Below, piece after piece: positions 36,763-38,347 of a stretch of DNA of 38,347 nt (its first letter is position 1; every line of letters begins with the position of its first letter). A program made the position numbers and the translations under genes. Source of the stretch: a virus (taxonomy: Duplodnaviria; Heunggongvirae; Uroviricota; Caudoviricetes); IMG/VR virus record IMGVR_UViG_2718218452_000008, positions 1-38,347 of that record; one strand, given 5' to 3'. The notes beneath the pieces are model-generated. The model had not been told where the DNA came from and did not search any database. It was given only the letters and a program-made list of their open reading frames with translations.

Positions 36763-38076
36763 ATGGCAGTAAAGATTTCAGGTGTACTGAAAGACGGCAC
36801 AGGAAAACCGGTACAGAACTGCACAATCCAGCTGAAAGCAAAACGTAACAGCACCACGGTGGTGGTGAACACGCTGGCCTCAGAAAATCCGGATGAAGCC
36901 GGGCGTTACAGCATGGACGTTGAGTACGGTCAGTACAGCGTTATTCTGTTGGTGGAAGGATTCCCGCCGTCACATGCCGGGACCATCACCGTGTATGAAG
37001 ATTCTCAACCGGGGACGCTGAATGATTTTCTCGGTGCCATGTCGGAGGATGACGTCCGGCCGGAGGCACTGCGTCGTTTTGAACTGATGGTGGAAGAAGC
37101 GGCGCGTCACGCTGAGGAGGCGAAGAAGAATGCCGGAGAGGCGGAGACGTCCGCGAGGAATGCTGGCATATCAGCCAGTCAGGCAGAAGAGAGCGCTGCA
37201 AATGCTGACACTTCAGCAGGGGATGCATCGGAGTCAGCCCGGCAGGCGGCAGAAAGTGCAGCCTCAGCAAAGCAGTCAGAGGATGCGTCCTCGTCCTCGG
37301 CCTCTGCGGCCGCTCAAAAAGCCAGTGAGTCATTACAAAGTGCAACAGATGCTGAGTTGTCAAAAAAGATGGCAGAAAGTGCAGCCGGTAATGCAGCCAG
37401 GGATGCAACGACCGCAACAGAAAAAGCCCGGGAGTCAGCAGAAAGCGCACAGTCAGCGGAACAAAGCAGGATAGCGGCGGAAGAGGCCGTAAACCGAATC
37501 CCCACCGTGGTGGGACCTCCCGGGCCAAAGGGGGAACAGGGGCCCGCGGGTCCTCAGGGGCCGAAGGGTGATAAGGGAGAGCGCGGTGACACCGGCCCTG
37601 TCGGGGCAACCGGCGAACGGGGACCGGCAGGTGATGCTGGTCCGGCAGGCCCGCAGGGGCCGAAAGGTGACAGGGGAGAGCGGGGAGAGACCGGTCTGAC
37701 GGGAAATGCAGGTCCACAGGGTCCAAAGGGAGATACCGGTGCGGCAGGCCCGGCAGGCCCACAGGGACCGAAAGGAGAAACAGGTGCGGCTGGCCCGGTG
37801 GGGGCAACCGGACCTCAGGGACCGAAGGGCGACCCGGGGGAGACACAAATCCGTTTTCGTCTGGGGCCGGCGAGCATTATTGAGACAAACAGCAATGGCT
37901 GGTTCCCGGATACAGATGGCGCACTCATCACCGGACTGACCTTTCTTGACCCCAAAGATGCCACACAGGTTCAGGGGCTGTTTCAGCATTTGCAGGTCAG
38001 GTTTGGTGACGGGCCGTGGCAGGATGTTAAGGGGCTGAATGAAGTGGGCAGTGATACAGGCAGAACAGGAGAATGA
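36763..38076 (+). CDS. stf: Side tail fiber protein (Stf-like) with collagen-like G-X-Y repeats
   Basis: N-terminus MAVKISGVLKDGTGKPVQNCTIQLKA... matches the lambda Stf N-terminus. An acidic Ala/Ser-rich coiled region precedes about 35 G-X-Y triplets (GPPGPKGEQGPAGPQGPKGDKGERGD...). Confidence 0.85.
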   Translation: MAVKISGVLKDGTGKPVQNCTIQLKAKRNSTTVVVNTLASENPDEAGRYSMDVEYGQYSVILLVEGFPPSHAGTITVYEDSQPGTLNDFLGAMSEDDVRPEALRRFELMVEEAARHAEEAKKNAGEAETSARNAGISASQAEESAANADTSAGDASESARQAAESAASAKQSEDASSSSASAAAQKASESLQSATDAELSKKMAESAAGNAARDATTATEKARESAESAQSAEQSRIAAEEAVNRIPTVVGPPGPKGEQGPAGPQGPKGDKGERGDTGPVGATGERGPAGDAGPAGPQGPKGDRGERGETGLTGNAGPQGPKGDTGAAGPAGPQGPKGETGAAGPVGATGPQGPKGDPGETQIRFRLGPASIIETNSNGWFPDTDGALITGLTFLDPKDATQVQGLFQHLQVRFGDGPWQDVKGLNEVGSDTGRTGE

Positions 38077-38077
38077 C

Positions 38078-38347
38078 ATGAATATACTAAAAAAACTTAT
38101 GCAGCGTCTGTGTGGTTGCGGAAAGCATGATGGCCGTGAACACGTGCAGTCGCTTACAGCACAACTGCGACTGGGACCGGCAGACATTCTGGAGTCAGAT
38201 GAGAATGGCATTATTCCGGAGCAGGACAGGGTAATCACACAGGTGGTGATACTGGATGCGGATAAAAAGCAGATACAGTGCGTGGTAAGACCGCTGCAAA
38301 TTCTGCGTGCTGACGGGACGTGGGAAAATATTGGCGGGATGAAGTAA
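38078..38347 (+). CDS. Small protein (89 aa) with a module homologous to the Stf C-terminal domain
   Basis: ATG 1 nt after the stf stop with AGGAG upstream. LRLGPADILESDENGIIPEQDRVITQVVILDADKKQIQ...LQILRADGTWENI parallels IRFRLGPASIIETNSNGWFPDTDGALITGLTFLDPKDATQVQ...LQVRFGDGPWQDV at the Stf C-terminus. Confidence 0.5.
   Translation: MNILKKLMQRLCGCGKHDGREHVQSLTAQLRLGPADILESDENGIIPEQDRVITQVVILDADKKQIQCVVRPLQILRADGTWENIGGMK

Noticed and set aside
36986-37846. 286-aa Pro/Leu-rich minus-strand ORF and 37453-38238 minus ORF inside stf
   Set aside because: Antisense reading of the G-X-Y collagen repeat gives long stop-free low-complexity frames; an artefact of the repeat.
1-38347. CRISPR arrays, integrase/att sites, IS elements, stx genes
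   Set aside because: No short direct repeats with unique spacers, no tyrosine or serine recombinase ORF, no transposase-like ORF with terminal inverted repeats, and no Shiga-toxin A/B frames were found in the window.

Overview
This window is a mosaic lambdoid prophage segment of the kind found in Escherichia coli and close relatives; all identifications below come from reading the sequence and recalling protein families, with no database search run. Order along the + strand: (1) a Qin/DicA-type immunity region on both strands (DicF sRNA, ydfC-ydfB-ydfA, dicA, divergent dicC, with TTAGC-N4-GCTAA operator palindromes); (2) a replication module (YdaT-like protein, replication initiator with five internal iterons, but no helicase-loader gene); (3) a low-GC accessory island at about 3905-7420 carrying a putative SMEK-domain protein and a convergent two-gene operon (4-TM membrane protein plus class I SAM methyltransferase), followed by a small hydrophobic ORF and a Hok-family toxin; (4) DUF968/YdfU-like protein, RusA, and a Q-type antiterminator with a downstream terminator; (5) a late-region cargo block with three tRNAs (anticodons CAU, UCG, UCU), a disrupted TerB-like gene, a NanS-p-like esterase, a pinholin / SAR-endolysin / Rz-Rz1 lysis cassette, and a PerC/Pch-family regulator; (6) a lambda-type cos site; (7) a complete lambda-like morphogenetic operon Nu1-A-W-B-C/Nu3-D-E-FI-FII-Z-U-V-G/T-H-M-L-K-I-J, then lom and a collagen-repeat side tail fiber. 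The tape-measure gene H is broken into three reading frames and is about 265 codons shorter than lambda H, so the prophage is probably tail-defective. The best candidate for a previously undescribed system is the SMEK / membrane-protein / methyltransferase cassette in the replication-to-Q hotspot. No integrase, att site, CRISPR array or stx genes are present in the window.
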